A DNA stretch of 64,000 bases from a virus. The notes below the pieces were generated by a model. It saw only the letters and a program-made list of their open reading frames with translations. It was not told the origin of the DNA and searched no databases. This document shows positions 1-8,779 of this stretch, in pieces. The stretch lies in the IMG/VR virus record IMGVR_UViG_3300043438_001221; one strand, given 5' to 3'. The stretch's first letter is position 1; each line of letters opens with the position of its first letter. A program made the position numbers and the translations under genes.

Positions 1-925
1 TTCTAACAACTCCCATACCCTTCATGATTTCCAGAAGACCGTAATATTTATCAATACCCTTGCTGAATGAGAGATAGAATTCTCCTTCCAAATATTGTTT
101 GATGAAGCGATTCTTGACAGTAAGAGCGCGAATGACAACACCCGAATAATTCTTCTGGGAAGCAGATAGCTTATCATTGATCTGTTTATTTTCCGAATCC
201 TTGACAAGCTTTCTTGCAAGCTGAACTGTTACGGATGGGAGATATACAGCAGCCTTACCTCCCGGCATGTTCTTCTCCAGAGATGGATACATTGCGCTTG
301 GATCGTCATATACATGGTTGGTGACAACAATCGAAGTCTTTGTCAGCGTTGAAAGATTGGTGATGCGCTTCAAAAGGCTTTTGATAGCCTTGGCAAATGT
401 TCCCATATCAGCAGAGGTGGAATCCTTATCCATTCTTGATAGTTCCATCTCAGAGTTCAGGTTTGCGAGGGAATCAATTACAATAATAAATTTACCAAAT
501 TGTTTCTTTTCTCTCACATTCGTAAGAAACTTGTGTATGGCGTTGCGCGTTTGTTCAACAGATTCGCATCCCACATACTTGACTTTATTTGTGTCCATCC
601 CGAACTTAGCACACGCTTCAGGATCAATGGCACCCTCTGTGTCGAAAATCACGGGAATCATCCCTTTCTTTTGAGCATTTGCCATAATATTCATCACAAC
701 CCCTGTTTTGAACGCACCCGATGGTCCGGCAAATTGGGTGATTCTCCCATTTGGGATGCCCCCATACAACGAACCGGAAATCAGGGCATTTAACACCATG
801 CTTCCCGTATCAATATGATCATCCACAGATGACAGGGTGGATTCGCTTAGGAACGCCGAATACGGCACCACATCATCCAATGATTTCAGGGAAGCAAATA
901 ATTCTTTATCAATTTCTTTTGACAT
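1..925 (-). CDS. uvsX: RecA-like recombinase UvsX (3' end runs off the window)
   Basis: Manual translation, missing from the ORF track: MSKEIDKELF...IDTGSMVLNALISGSLYGGIPNGRITQFAGPSGAFKT...FDTEGA...VIDSLANL...TNHVY...MPGGKAAVY...KNRF; next to DNA polymerase as in T4-like phages. Confidence 0.93.
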   Translation of the reverse strand, partial: MSKEIDKELFASLKSLDDVVPYSAFLSESTLSSVDDHIDTGSMVLNALISGSLYGGIPNGRITQFAGPSGAFKTGVVMNIMANAQKKGMIPVIFDTEGAIDPEACAKFGMDTNKVKYVGCESVEQTRNAIHKFLTNVREKKQFGKFIIVIDSLANLNSEMELSRMDKDSTSADMGTFAKAIKSLLKRITNLSTLTKTSIVVTNHVYDDPSAMYPSLEKNMPGGKAAVYLPSVTVQLARKLVKDSENKQINDKLSASQKNYSGVVIRALTVKNRFIKQYLEGEFYLSFSKGIDKYYGLLEIMKGMGVVR

Positions 926-928
926 GTT

Positions 929-1291
929 TTAAAGAGAGTCGATGGATACGATTTTAGGTGAGGATGATGGAACTGCTTGTGGCTCCGCTTGAACACGGGG
1001 AGCATTAATCTTATCAACCAGATCAGCCATCCGTGGATCAAGAACCACATCACTGATTGCGATGGATGATTTATGATATGTCCAATTATTTTGTTCCCTA
1101 TCAGAAGGATTGATGAATTCAAACAATAGAAGGGGGACTGGTTGGAACTTGTAAGCCCCATTCTGCTCCATTTCCACAAAGAGAATTACCGGATTGTGTA
1201 AGGTGATGGTAGTATCCGTTTCAGATACCAGTCTTCCGGTGATTGTTTGTCCAACTTGGTTTACGATTACTGTGTGTCTCTTTTCTTTCAT
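929..1291 (-). CDS. hypothetical protein, possible Sm-like fold
   Basis: 120-aa ORF in gene-dense orientation; GQTITGRLVSETDTTITLHNPV resembles Sm-like phage proteins. Confidence 0.55.
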   Translation of the reverse strand: MKEKRHTVIVNQVGQTITGRLVSETDTTITLHNPVILFVEMEQNGAYKFQPVPLLLFEFINPSDREQNNWTYHKSSIAISDVVLDPRMADLVDKINAPRVQAEPQAVPSSSPKIVSIDSL

Positions 1292-1309
1292 ATGTGTAGA
1301 TTTAGTCGT

Positions 1310-1561
1310 TTATCTGGCGTTGTCCAGCGTTTCTTTTTGTTCTTTCAATTTTTTTCTAAATGAGTATCCCATATTATTCATTCTCTTGGCAAGATTGTGA
1401 TAATAATCCGAACGATCCTTGATGATATGTCTCACGATTTCCAGCTTGGGGTTGGGGAACGGAACGTCATGAGTGGGATCATTCAGGAGATTGATCAGGT
1501 TGTCGATGATTCGGTCTTCGGCATCCGTCAGACCCTTACAGTAAGCTTCGTTAAGGTTCAT
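1310..1561 (-). CDS. hypothetical protein
   Basis: 83-aa ORF co-oriented with neighbours. Confidence 0.6.
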   Translation of the reverse strand: MNLNEAYCKGLTDAEDRIIDNLINLLNDPTHDVPFPNPKLEIVRHIIKDRSDYYHNLAKRMNNMGYSFRKKLKEQKETLDNAR

Positions 1562-1719
1562 AATTTTATTATTTCCATTTTTTTAGTATCAATTCCAATG
1601 ATATTACAACAACATATCACACCATTCATTATGAATGTATTTTTACATGTAGGTTCCAATATGAATATTTTACCACAATTTGTGTAATATCTACATGGCT
1701 TGTTATAAAACTCTTCCAT
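1558..1719 (-). CDS. small Cys-rich hypothetical protein (53 aa)
   Basis: Manual translation MEEFYNKPCRYYTNCGKIFILEPTCKNTFIMNGVICCCNIIGIDTKKMEIIKL; fills the gap after gp43, ATGA overlap with the next gene. Confidence 0.5.
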   Translation of the reverse strand: MEEFYNKPCRYYTNCGKIFILEPTCKNTFIMNGVICCCNIIGIDTKKMEIIKL

Positions 1720-1720
1720 A

Positions 1721-4228
1721 TCATTCTCCAAACAAGTCGTCCAATTCTACTGTCAGATTTTCCGATGGTTTTCTCAATTTCCAACCCACTGCTTCATAAA
1801 ATCTCTCAATCGCAGCATAAAACACTTTAGCAAACATTTTCTCATAGTCAACCGTGAAAATGTTATCAAATTCTTCTGGCCAATCACCCTTGAATCCGAT
1901 CATATCCAAATTGTATTTGTTGGGCTTCTTAACATACACCATGCGAACCTTATCCCCTGATTTGAATTTCTCGTATTTGGAACCCCATCCATTCTGTTCC
2001 ATGATCATGTCATGAAAATAAGCAGCTTTCAGATGAGATGGCATACCTTTCACAGTGTTCATACCGTTACATCTAGCCGAATATTCGGAAAAATTATTCA
2101 TACCCGAAATCTTGGAAATCTCAGCAATGGATAGGTTCTTGAATTCCTCATAAGCCTCGTTGAACATGTCGTTGGTTTCCTTCAGCGATTGGGAAATGAT
2201 CATATGTTCAATAACTTTCTTAACATATGGCTTTACCTTCTTGGGCATCGTGGTTTTCACCACATCAACTCCCCGATACTTGAACTTATCCACCTTGGTT
2301 CCCTCATCATCCAGAACATGGAGGACATAATATTTCTTACCAATGAAGATTCCGCTATCACAGATGGTTTCCCGCTTGAACACGAAACGGGGATCAGTGC
2401 TTCTCAGGGCTTTTCCAGCCCAATCGGTAATCCGTTTATTAATATAATCCTCAATATCCTCACACAATTCATAAAATTCATCCGATTTTGAATCCAAACC
2501 AAACATTTTAAGGGAAACAAAAAAGCTATCAGTATCCCCGTAAACACAACTTTGTTGCAAAATTGATTCCGATATATTGGGAAATTTTTCCCGCACGTAA
2601 TCCTGAAACAAATCATTGCTCTTCTTGATTACCGCTTGTCCTGTCAATGTCACCGATGTTCCAATATCCTCATCCCCAAGGGGTGCATATTTGTTGAGCA
2701 TATAACCATAGAGGGAATTGAGATGGATTTTATAAGCGTATTGGATGCTATCAAATTTCTGTTCTCCCTCTTTATCTCCATTCTTACGACATTCCATCAT
2801 CTTGTTTTTCATCTCCTTCCGCTTGGTGTAAAGATTGTCTAGGAATTCGGGAACCAGACCACGTTTCTTCTGAGAGAAGAGAAATCCTGCTTTAGTTAAT
2901 GCCGCTTGCTCCTCATCAATAAATTTCTTGAAGTTCTCAGGAGTCATCTCAAACAACCTACCCGATACATGATGGATTTTCACCTTATCTCCATCCTTCT
3001 CAACCCTTCCGATTTTCGTTTCGGGGGAGAGATTTAAAGAAATCATCACAGATGGGTATAGGGAGTTGGCATCAAAGGATACGATGTTCTCCGCAAAGCC
3101 TATTTTTGGCTCTGCTACATATCCACCGGGAGCGCGGTAGTCCGTCACAGGACGAATGAACGTAGGAATGTATTCCCCCCGCATACGGGCGCGTATGGCG
3201 ATTGCGCCATTCATTGCTGGGAGTGTTCTGATCGCGCTTTCCAGATCACACAATCCGGTATATGCGAGGAATCTGATAAGATTGATATATCCTTTTTTCT
3301 GATCAAGCCCTACCACGATTTCCACATCCCGTATGCAATAATCGGTGAAAGTGTGCCAATCATTTTTCGCCAGTTCCCATAGATTACCATCATGTGCAAC
3401 CTTATTGATTCCCAATTCAACCTCCCCAATATTATCCAATTTATACGATTCCTGTTTCTCCAGATTGAACTTCTGATAAATCACATAATAATCAAGAATT
3501 GATAGCCCTTCAATCACATACTCCTTGGAAGGCATCCCAAATTTACCATTTGGATTGGTCTTTTCATAAATCCTACCCGTTGGGGACAGCTTATCAGCCC
3601 ATTCCTTTCCCAATTGGAAAGTGATTCGATTCACGAGATAAGGAACGTCAAATGCTGCTATATTCCACCCACTCAACACATCAAAACTTTCCTTTTGGAA
3701 GTATTTGATGAATGTTTTGAGCAAATCTTCTTCGGATTTACACCATGTATATTTCACATCATCTCTAATGGTGTGGAAGTTCTTCAACCCAAAGACATGA
3801 TACATCTTGGATTCAGAATTATAAATTGTAATCAAATTAATCACCGATTCCGCCAATTCTGGTTCTGGAAATTTATCAGAAGATGGACATTCCAAATCCA
3901 GATATGCCACTTTTAAAGGATGTTGGGAGAAATTAACATCCTCGCAAACCGACCAGTAATTATCAATCAGGAATTGCTGATATGGTGGCAGGTTTTCATA
4001 AATCCGCTTGATATTACTATCCTTGACAAAATTATTCCTGTCGTATGAACTGTTGAAACATTTCTTCTCTAATAAAGTTCCGTATATAGACTTTTTATCC
4101 CCTTTTTTATTCTCCAATAAAATATAAGGTTTAAAATCGTGTTCTTCCCGAATACGTTCCCCATTTTTATCCCACGAGAATAAATGGATTTTACGTGATT
4201 TGTTATCATATACACAATTTCTATACAT
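1721..4228 (-). CDS. 43: family B DNA polymerase (T4 gp43-like)
   Basis: Exo motifs DLE and GWNIAAFDVPY; pol motifs SFDANSLYPS, KIHLNSLYG, YGDTDS, KKYY. Confidence 0.97.
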   Translation of the reverse strand: MYRNCVYDNKSRKIHLFSWDKNGERIREEHDFKPYILLENKKGDKKSIYGTLLEKKCFNSSYDRNNFVKDSNIKRIYENLPPYQQFLIDNYWSVCEDVNFSQHPLKVAYLDLECPSSDKFPEPELAESVINLITIYNSESKMYHVFGLKNFHTIRDDVKYTWCKSEEDLLKTFIKYFQKESFDVLSGWNIAAFDVPYLVNRITFQLGKEWADKLSPTGRIYEKTNPNGKFGMPSKEYVIEGLSILDYYVIYQKFNLEKQESYKLDNIGEVELGINKVAHDGNLWELAKNDWHTFTDYCIRDVEIVVGLDQKKGYINLIRFLAYTGLCDLESAIRTLPAMNGAIAIRARMRGEYIPTFIRPVTDYRAPGGYVAEPKIGFAENIVSFDANSLYPSVMISLNLSPETKIGRVEKDGDKVKIHHVSGRLFEMTPENFKKFIDEEQAALTKAGFLFSQKKRGLVPEFLDNLYTKRKEMKNKMMECRKNGDKEGEQKFDSIQYAYKIHLNSLYGYMLNKYAPLGDEDIGTSVTLTGQAVIKKSNDLFQDYVREKFPNISESILQQSCVYGDTDSFFVSLKMFGLDSKSDEFYELCEDIEDYINKRITDWAGKALRSTDPRFVFKRETICDSGIFIGKKYYVLHVLDDEGTKVDKFKYRGVDVVKTTMPKKVKPYVKKVIEHMIISQSLKETNDMFNEAYEEFKNLSIAEISKISGMNNFSEYSARCNGMNTVKGMPSHLKAAYFHDMIMEQNGWGSKYEKFKSGDKVRMVYVKKPNKYNLDMIGFKGDWPEEFDNIFTVDYEKMFAKVFYAAIERFYEAVGWKLRKPSENLTVELDDLFGE

Positions 4229-4233
4229 TTTAT

Positions 4234-4239
4234 TAAATA
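4234..4239 (+). promoter_or_regulatory. T4-type late promoter TAAATA, 5 nt before ATG 4245
   Basis: Same hexamer and spacing recur before about 20 genes; gp55 sigma is encoded in the window. Confidence 0.7.
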
Positions 4240-4244
4240 TTGTT

Positions 4245-4526
4245 ATGGATAATTATTTCAAAGACTTGGGCATAATTTACGAAAATCTTGATATGGAATC
4301 GTCATACGATGATTATGACCCACAAACAGAAAAAGTCAAGGCAGAGGCGCATGAACTTTGTTCATATATTGAAAAATATCTAAAGGGGACTATCAATTTT
4401 TACCAAAACAATAAAAAAGCCTTTTTCGATAATCCTTCGGATATGAACAGCTTTGAAGAATTGAAAGGCATGTTTGAAAGACTTCGCCCAACGCTCGCTC
4501 AATATTCCCAATTTGGGAAGAATTAA
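4245..4526 (+). CDS. putative internal head protein with leader MDNYFKDLGIIYE
   Basis: Lone plus-strand gene in a minus block with its own late promoter; leader nearly identical to that of 46996..47409. Confidence 0.6.
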   Translation: MDNYFKDLGIIYENLDMESSYDDYDPQTEKVKAEAHELCSYIEKYLKGTINFYQNNKKAFFDNPSDMNSFEELKGMFERLRPTLAQYSQFGKN

Positions 4527-5719
4527 TCGTTCCAATATCTCATAAATCTACGAGATGGATCACCATGATTCGTATTCAACGCTTCCATGAAAGTTCCAAT
4601 ATTCTCCGGTCTTTCAAGGAATCTGCTTTCTCCAAGCTTTCTAAGCTCTGGAACCAACTTGTAATACTTGGAACGGTTCTTCCAATTCAGAATTGCCTCC
4701 ACTTTCTGTTCCAAATCGAGAGAATCCGTGAATTTTAGGAAATCAGGAGCATCCTGATATGTCACCATATCCTGAACCATGCAGGGAATACCCAAGCAAG
4801 CTCCCTCAATGTATTTGATATCTGATTTTGACCTGTTGAATGGGATATCCTTCAAGGGCGCAAGAAGTAATTGGGGATTCAAAGAAGCAATGAATTTGGG
4901 GTAATCCATCAGAGATTGCCAAGGATGGAATTCGATTTCCTTACTTTCAATATATGGATGCAGGGGAGGAGGATAAGCACCAATGAAAATGAACTGATAC
5001 TTGGAGCGGTTATCAATGATGAATTTCAACACATGGGAAAAATCATCCTGTTGTCCCGTGACATTCTTTACATCAAAGTGCGCTCCCGATCCTGAATAGA
5101 GGATGCGTGGTTTCTTCTTATTCCTATCAAAGTTCTGGATAACCTTACCATAATTATAGTGATGACCAATCCACCATTCGGGAGGGAAGTTGGGAATCAC
5201 GGAAGTCTTTTGTTGTCCCGTCTTCTCAATGAAGAGATCGCGCATGTATTTACATGTCACTGTCACCTCATCCGCCATGTTCATCATATCCACGCAGTTC
5301 TGACGAATCTCATCGGAAGCAAATGCGTGTTTATAGGAATTGTAATCGGGAATCTCTTCATGGAAGACCACATCATCCACCTCATAGATGATCTTAAACC
5401 CGCATTCGGGTTGGATACTCTTGAGGAATTTAAAGAATTCTTTCTGTTGAGTCGAACATTGGCGTTGGAGCTTGATGGTTTTCACATCCCGATACCAATC
5501 CTTGTTGAGAACCATTTTACGAATGGTCGTGGAATCCCCATGACCCCCCAAATTAACCTGCATTTCGGGCCATAAGATACGCCACGCAGCGCAGCCACTA
5601 ATATCCGCTGAAAAGTTTAGATATGTATTACCCTTTTTCGGAGGCTCTTGGGTGGTATTTTTTACCGCATAGGGGTTCTTAGCAAAAGGAGATGATGGGA
5701 AGGGCGACTTTTGAAACAT
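4523..5719 (-). CDS. GT-B fold glycosyltransferase (GT4-like)
   Basis: IYEVDD, ADEVTVT, VIPN, YSGSGAH, LAPLKDIPFNRSKSDIKYIEGACLGIP; start chosen from TAAATC-N5-ATG. Confidence 0.75.
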   Translation of the reverse strand: MFQKSPFPSSPFAKNPYAVKNTTQEPPKKGNTYLNFSADISGCAAWRILWPEMQVNLGGHGDSTTIRKMVLNKDWYRDVKTIKLQRQCSTQQKEFFKFLKSIQPECGFKIIYEVDDVVFHEEIPDYNSYKHAFASDEIRQNCVDMMNMADEVTVTCKYMRDLFIEKTGQQKTSVIPNFPPEWWIGHHYNYGKVIQNFDRNKKKPRILYSGSGAHFDVKNVTGQQDDFSHVLKFIIDNRSKYQFIFIGAYPPPLHPYIESKEIEFHPWQSLMDYPKFIASLNPQLLLAPLKDIPFNRSKSDIKYIEGACLGIPCMVQDMVTYQDAPDFLKFTDSLDLEQKVEAILNWKNRSKYYKLVPELRKLGESRFLERPENIGTFMEALNTNHGDPSRRFMRYWND

Positions 5720-5741
5720 GAAGAGATTTATCCATGTTTTT

Positions 5742-6620
5742 TCATTTGTCAATTGTTATTCTTCTAGTCACTCCACCCTCTTTCTCCAAGAACACCGTCT
5801 CACCGTTGATATGTTTTTCAATCTCTTTTCTGTGGGAAATCGCATAAAATGAAAGATTGTGTTTATCGATCCGTTGTTTTACAAGTTGAACCAGAAGATC
5901 AAATCCATGACCATCAAATGCTGAATCGAAAAATTCGTCCCCGAATTCCACATTGGATGATACTCCAGAAATCTTCCGTTTCAAATCCTTGAATGCCCAC
6001 GCACACGCAAGATCAACAGTCCTACGCTCCCCACCACTCAGATTCCAGTAAGAAATCTCCTTACCTTTGTCATTGGAAAGCTGCTCATCAAAATATTCAT
6101 CAAATTTACAACGAATGGACATGCCAAGATCGTTGATGTATTGCTGGATGCTTGCGTTCATCATGGAAAGGAGTCTCTTCACCACAAAGCTACGGACACC
6201 TTCTTCCCCAAGAACGAATTTACAGATTTCATAATCTTCCGATTTCTGTTTGAGTAATAGGAAATTGTTGCGTTCCGTATCATGTCTCTCTTGAGTCTTG
6301 ATGATGTTTTCTTCAAATGCTGGTTTCGGTAATTCATCCAACTTTAAATTATCCAGAGAGTCCTTGTATTGCTTGAGACTGTTTTCCAGACCTTCTAATT
6401 TTTGTTTGGTGACTTTCGCTTCATTAATTTGATCTTGAAATTCTGATACCTTTCGCTGAACCTTTTCTTTTTTAGATTGAAGTTGAGATTTTTGTTCCTT
6501 CAATTCATCAATTTCCTCGACAATATCATCCAATTCGGATTGATATTGTTCCTTCATTTTCTCCAAATGTTCCACATGGGTATGGGGAATATCTTGGAGG
6601 CATTTGTCACATTTAATCAT
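5742..6620 (-). CDS. 46: gp46/SbcC/Rad50-like ATPase, C-terminal half (zinc hook, return coil, ABC signature)
   Basis: Starts MIKCDKC (CxxC hook); LSGGE signature, DEFFDS Walker B/D-loop, ISH H-loop. Confidence 0.88.
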   Translation of the reverse strand: MIKCDKCLQDIPHTHVEHLEKMKEQYQSELDDIVEEIDELKEQKSQLQSKKEKVQRKVSEFQDQINEAKVTKQKLEGLENSLKQYKDSLDNLKLDELPKPAFEENIIKTQERHDTERNNFLLLKQKSEDYEICKFVLGEEGVRSFVVKRLLSMMNASIQQYINDLGMSIRCKFDEYFDEQLSNDKGKEISYWNLSGGERRTVDLACAWAFKDLKRKISGVSSNVEFGDEFFDSAFDGHGFDLLVQLVKQRIDKHNLSFYAISHRKEIEKHINGETVFLEKEGGVTRRITIDK

Positions 6621-6921
6621 TTTTCAAAATTTCATTTAAATCTTTTCTTTCGGTTTTACAAATAGCGAAAACACGATCAAGCATTCTATTAGCACCGCGT
6701 AGCAATTTAGGCGTTCTAAAATCTTCAATTATGTTAGATAATTTAGACATTCGGACATAATCACCGTCTTTTGTTTGGCGATTTAAAACATTTAGAAAAT
6801 CTTCAATAGATGTCAACTTACCCCAATCCAACGAATAAGGAATTTGTGTAAAATGAGATTGATGGTTTATCCAGTGTTCGACCCTACTTTTTTCAATAAC
6901 GAATATTGGTTGTTTTTTCAT
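6613..6921 (-). CDS. hypothetical protein inserted inside gene 46
   Basis: 102-aa ORF overlapping both gp46 halves (ATGA at its start, ATGATTAA at its end). Confidence 0.6.
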   Translation of the reverse strand: MKKQPIFVIEKSRVEHWINHQSHFTQIPYSLDWGKLTSIEDFLNVLNRQTKDGDYVRMSKLSNIIEDFRTPKLLRGANRMLDRVFAICKTERKDLNEILKND

Positions 6922-7835
6922 ATAACTTTCTCAATTTGTTCGATTTCTTTCGCCTTCAACTTTTTCAAAGTTTCCTTGGATGAAATCGCATCATTGATAT
7001 GACCAATTTTACCATCCAGCTTTCGGCAAGCATCGTCCCACTTCTCTTTCTCCAATTGTATCGCTAAAACATCCGTTATGGATGTTTTAGCGATCTTTTC
7101 CTCTGTTTCATCAATCTTTTCTTGAATATCCTTGCGCTTTTGTTCAAGAATAGCATCCCTCTCTTGGACTTTCTTCAGATAATCCGCTTGCTGATCATTC
7201 AGCGTTTCCAGAGTGTGATTAAGTTCTTCCAATCTTGCAGTGGAAATGTTCATCTCTCCCTTATTATCACGAATAAGAGTCTTCAATTCGCTGCTCATCT
7301 TACCAAAGACTTCCAGAGAGAAAATATCGTTGATGAATTTACGCTTCTCCTCTGGTTTCTTCGCCATGAAGGGGATGTTATCCGAAAGAGATAGAATGTC
7401 ACAGCTACGGCAGATGACGGGATTGGAACCAATCAGATCACAGATGAATTTATCAGTGTTGGCGATGGAATCCTTAGTGATGTCTTCTTCGCCTCTCAGA
7501 AGAGTCACAGTGCTTGGTTTGACTTGCCGTTTGATCGTGTAAGTCTGAACGTCTTGCTCCGTCTCCACATCAAACGTCAGTTCAATGGCACCCTTTCCCT
7601 TGGTGATGTTGTTGATGATGAAATCCTTTTTGATTTCACGGATGGTTTTACCAAATAATGCGTAATAGAAAAGTTCCGCCATTACGGATTTTCCAATTCC
7701 GTTCACACGATCAGGATTATCAATATTCTTACCAGTGATCAAATTGAAACCGGATTGGAAATCTACGGAAATCTGATCATTTCCAACACTGAGGAAATTC
7801 TGACCTTTAAGAGTGAGATATTTTATACGTCTCAC
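6918..7835 (-). CDS. 46: gp46/SbcC/Rad50-like ATPase, N-terminal half
   Basis: NFLSVGN, Walker A ITGKN...NGIGKS, YYALFGK, followed by coiled coil ending at a stop. Confidence 0.9.
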   Translation of the reverse strand: MRRIKYLTLKGQNFLSVGNDQISVDFQSGFNLITGKNIDNPDRVNGIGKSVMAELFYYALFGKTIREIKKDFIINNITKGKGAIELTFDVETEQDVQTYTIKRQVKPSTVTLLRGEEDITKDSIANTDKFICDLIGSNPVICRSCDILSLSDNIPFMAKKPEEKRKFINDIFSLEVFGKMSSELKTLIRDNKGEMNISTARLEELNHTLETLNDQQADYLKKVQERDAILEQKRKDIQEKIDETEEKIAKTSITDVLAIQLEKEKWDDACRKLDGKIGHINDAISSKETLKKLKAKEIEQIEKVI

Positions 7836-8281
7836 AGATTTTCGTAAGGTTTTAAAGATTTAATTTCCACCACTTCCTTCATACGATTGAGAGAATCAAC
7901 TTTCATTCGATGAAGATTACAATTCCAAGCAGAGTCTTGACCAGCAGTATAAAGAACATTGCGAACAGACCATTCCAAATCCTGTCCAAGATGAAGGGAA
8001 TAATCCCTATCACATTTTTCCTTAGTTGGTTCTTCGGAATAAAGAGCTACCGTTTCCCCTGTTTGAGAATTGGTGAGAACGTAAATCCATCGATTCTCAT
8101 CTTCTTTCGCTTGTCTCCAAGACTTTTCATCCCACCCTCGCATCAAAGCATTGGCGAACCAACTCATCATTGTTTCCACATCATGGGGAATCGTCGGATT
8201 CTTGTCAACGGTTTCACAAAAGTCCCTAGCCCAATCCCAAGCATCAAATGAATGGGGTAATTTAGATTTATTTTCTTTCAT
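7832..8281 (-). CDS. hypothetical protein
   Basis: 149-aa ORF, overlap-coupled to gp46N. Confidence 0.65.
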   Translation of the reverse strand: MKENKSKLPHSFDAWDWARDFCETVDKNPTIPHDVETMMSWFANALMRGWDEKSWRQAKEDENRWIYVLTNSQTGETVALYSEEPTKEKCDRDYSLHLGQDLEWSVRNVLYTAGQDSAWNCNLHRMKVDSLNRMKEVVEIKSLKPYENL

Positions 8282-8282
8282 A

Positions 8283-8546
8283 TTATTTTATCAATTCGTC
8301 ATGTGGCCAATATCTTACACTTGTTCCCGTGAAATTACAAGGGGGAATCCTGAATAAAAATTTCAGAATCTTCGCTCTCCATCCGCTTGCCGTGATACAG
8401 ACTTGTAGAGGATGGTGTCCCAACATATAACCAAAGTGTTCAGGATCAATCGTTCTTGATTCAAGATGAGACTTACGATGTTTGTGGAATTCCTTTACCC
8501 GTTCGGATTCAATCATCTCTCGTTGATGTTCTTCAATTGTTTTCAT
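8283..8546 (-). CDS. hypothetical protein
   Basis: Start MKTIEEHQ at an ATGA overlap with the upstream ORF. Confidence 0.55.
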   Translation of the reverse strand: MKTIEEHQREMIESERVKEFHKHRKSHLESRTIDPEHFGYMLGHHPLQVCITASGWRAKILKFLFRIPPCNFTGTSVRYWPHDELIK

Positions 8547-8779
8547 ACCGTTCCAAGTCCCTGTCCACAAATAGCACATCCTCTAAAATCATACAACCAC
8601 CCATATGCGTCTTCAACAATAGAATGTCCACATTTACCATTTTTATGATTTTCCAATTCTTTTTCAATATCTTCTATCGTAGCATCTCTGATCTTACTTG
8701 CCAAAACACATTGACCAATACGCTCAGTCACCTCTTCGACAAAAACCTTTTTCAAATCAAAATCACTTACACTTCTCAT
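8543..8779 (-). CDS. hypothetical protein with Cys/His cluster
   Basis: CGH...CAICG; overlaps the gp47 stop. Confidence 0.55.
   Translation of the reverse strand: MRSVSDFDLKKVFVEEVTERIGQCVLASKIRDATIEDIEKELENHKNGKCGHSIVEDAYGWLYDFRGCAICGQGLGTV

Noticed and set aside
22-957. Several short ORF-track calls at the window start
   Set aside because: All overlap the uvsX frame (925 to the edge, minus strand), which the track missed because it lacks a stop in the window
6621-6920. Group I intron or intein as the explanation for the gp46 interruption
   Set aside because: No recognisable group I core elements or intein terminal residues by eye, and the insert is fully occupied by an ORF; not excluded without an Infernal search
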